A stretch of 63,919 nt of DNA, the filler included, from Octopus bimaculoides (taxonomy: Eukaryota): the NCBI RefSeq assembly GCF_001194135.2. It is 7 parts of 7 records of this genome, joined end to end, with 100 filler letters (N's around TTAATTAATTAA, not from the genome) between each part and the next. Parts side by side here need not be neighbours in the genome. Positions count along the whole stretch, not along the records: positions 61,110 to 63,919 come from NC_068985.1; 6 more parts are not named here. The stretch is one strand, 5' to 3'. Below are positions 62,421-63,919 of the stretch, piece by piece (within the stretch, counting starts at the first letter, position 1; every line of letters begins with the position of its first letter). A model generated the notes under the pieces. That model was given only the letters and a program-made list of their open reading frames with translations. It did not search any database and was not told where the DNA came from. The translations under genes were made by a program, and so were the position numbers.

Positions 62421-63919
62421 TTTGACTGATTGACTGAGAATGAAATATAGAAAGGGCAGAATCTAACGACACTGGTAGGGAATATTTAAAAGCTCGGCCG
62501 ATATCAGAAATGTCCCCGTATAATCCCGATGAATAGCTGTAGCGAAAGTTGCATTATGCTGACATTTTCTCCAATACTTCTTTCATAATAGCTAGTGTAT
62601 TTTTCTCTGCATGTCAGAATTTCTTCAAACAATATTTGTAGCCATACGGACTGAATCTAAATATAGACTCCATCTATGTTTGACTATCTTTAAAAATGTG
62701 TGTCACCCTAACTGTCAACATCTCGTGCTGACTGTTATATTCTGAGAAACCTCCAGCAGAATAGTTGACTTTGCACAAAGACAATTGAAAATACCGATTC
62801 TGTTCATTAGTTGAAGACAGCTGCATCTACGGATGTCACTTTCTCTGACCATAACCAGAGAGGTCGGTAATGACTTGTAGAGAATTCACTGTTTTATGAC
62901 AGAAATTTTTCGATCGAAAGAAACCTTATCGTAAAGCTTACTTCATAGATTAAAGAGAGAATCCTCGTTCGTATGACAAATATTACCGTCACACTCATTC
63001 GAAACTGTTTTCTCAAGTTCCAAATGTAAAGAATAAAATGTTTTGCATGGTACAACAATTCACTATTATACAAACAATGGGCTATATACCTGTTGTAATT
63101 TAACCATCCGTAGTCTGATGATATTTGGGAATAAAATTCCTTCTTCAGATATCCCTATGAATTGTACCATTCAAAACATTTTATTCTTTACAAACAATGC
63201 ACAATGCTTTAAGCGAACTACAATATTTTCCTTCCAAATGTAAATTTGTTTGTGTTAACTACATCCCAAAGTTGAAGCCTTGTATTTTTGTTGGAAACCG
63301 GCTCCCTCCTCAGTGGAAGAGCTATAATAATTAAAAAATAGAGTAGACATACATATACACACACGCACACATATATCGCGCTTGTATACAGTTTCTGTCT
63401 ACCAAATTCAACCACAATATTTTGGTAGTCTCGTGGCTATAATTGAAACTTACCCAAGATGCCGCGAAGTAGGATTGAACTTCAAACCACATAGCTACAA
63501 AGCAACATTCTGAAACACACAGCCATGCCTGAGGACAAAATAGAAAGAAACATCTCGCAAATAGATCATGTAAGAAACAAGAAGTAATTATTTGCCATTT
63601 GTCAATACTTTGAAACGCTGATGAGAAAGATAGGCAATTAAATAGATTTGGAAATACTTGAAGATCGATATCCAAACTTTGGTCAACAAGGAACAATGAA
63701 CAAGTGGAATGGAGAGTACTTCCAAGATACTCAAAGTTTCTTCTTCGCACACTTGTGCAAAGTCGCCATACATTCAAAGACGCCCAATTATTCCATTTCC
63801 GTTCAGAAAGCTAATAAAATTCACGAAAGTTTCTCTGAAGTGTTTGGAAAATATACGTATATACAAATGGAGACGGATCAGCGTATGTGTATATGGCGTA
63901 TTTTCACATGCTTATATAT

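Noticed and set aside
62470-63919. Possible further transposon coding remnants or the next TEP exon
   Set aside because: Hand translation gave no convincing motif and no VLPKF-type exon with proper splice sites; left unannotated.

Overview
AT-rich, gap-ridden animal genomic DNA. The SINE families, microsatellite load and giant C2H2 zinc-finger ORF point to an octopod cephalopod, probably an Octopus draft assembly (inference, no search run). Two host genes are supported, both on +. (1) A roughly 24-finger C2H2/C2HC zinc-finger gene at 34148-39584, read across a 530-N gap. (2) The 5' part of a thioester-protein (TEP/CD109/alpha-2-macroglobulin family) gene that the ORF track does not show; I rebuilt six exons between 44619 and 52181 with consistent phases, one a 26-nt micro-exon with a GC donor. 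The rest is mostly mobile DNA: three Penelope-like remnants (YRDD RT, GIY-YIG), a near full-length decayed RTE LINE plus fragments, R4/Dong-type remnants, mariner fragments, Tc1-, piggyBac- and Helitron/Helentron-type non-autonomous elements, and many SINEs of about four families. Hammerhead-ribozyme motifs occur in the Penelope terminal repeat (430-485) and in a head-to-head palindromic mini-element (14187-14346). Six TTAATTAATTAA linkers inside N-runs are assembly artefacts. No rRNA, true tRNA or CRISPR array was seen. TE boundaries were judged by eye and are approximate unless a TSD or splice site is quoted. Only representative SINE copies are listed.
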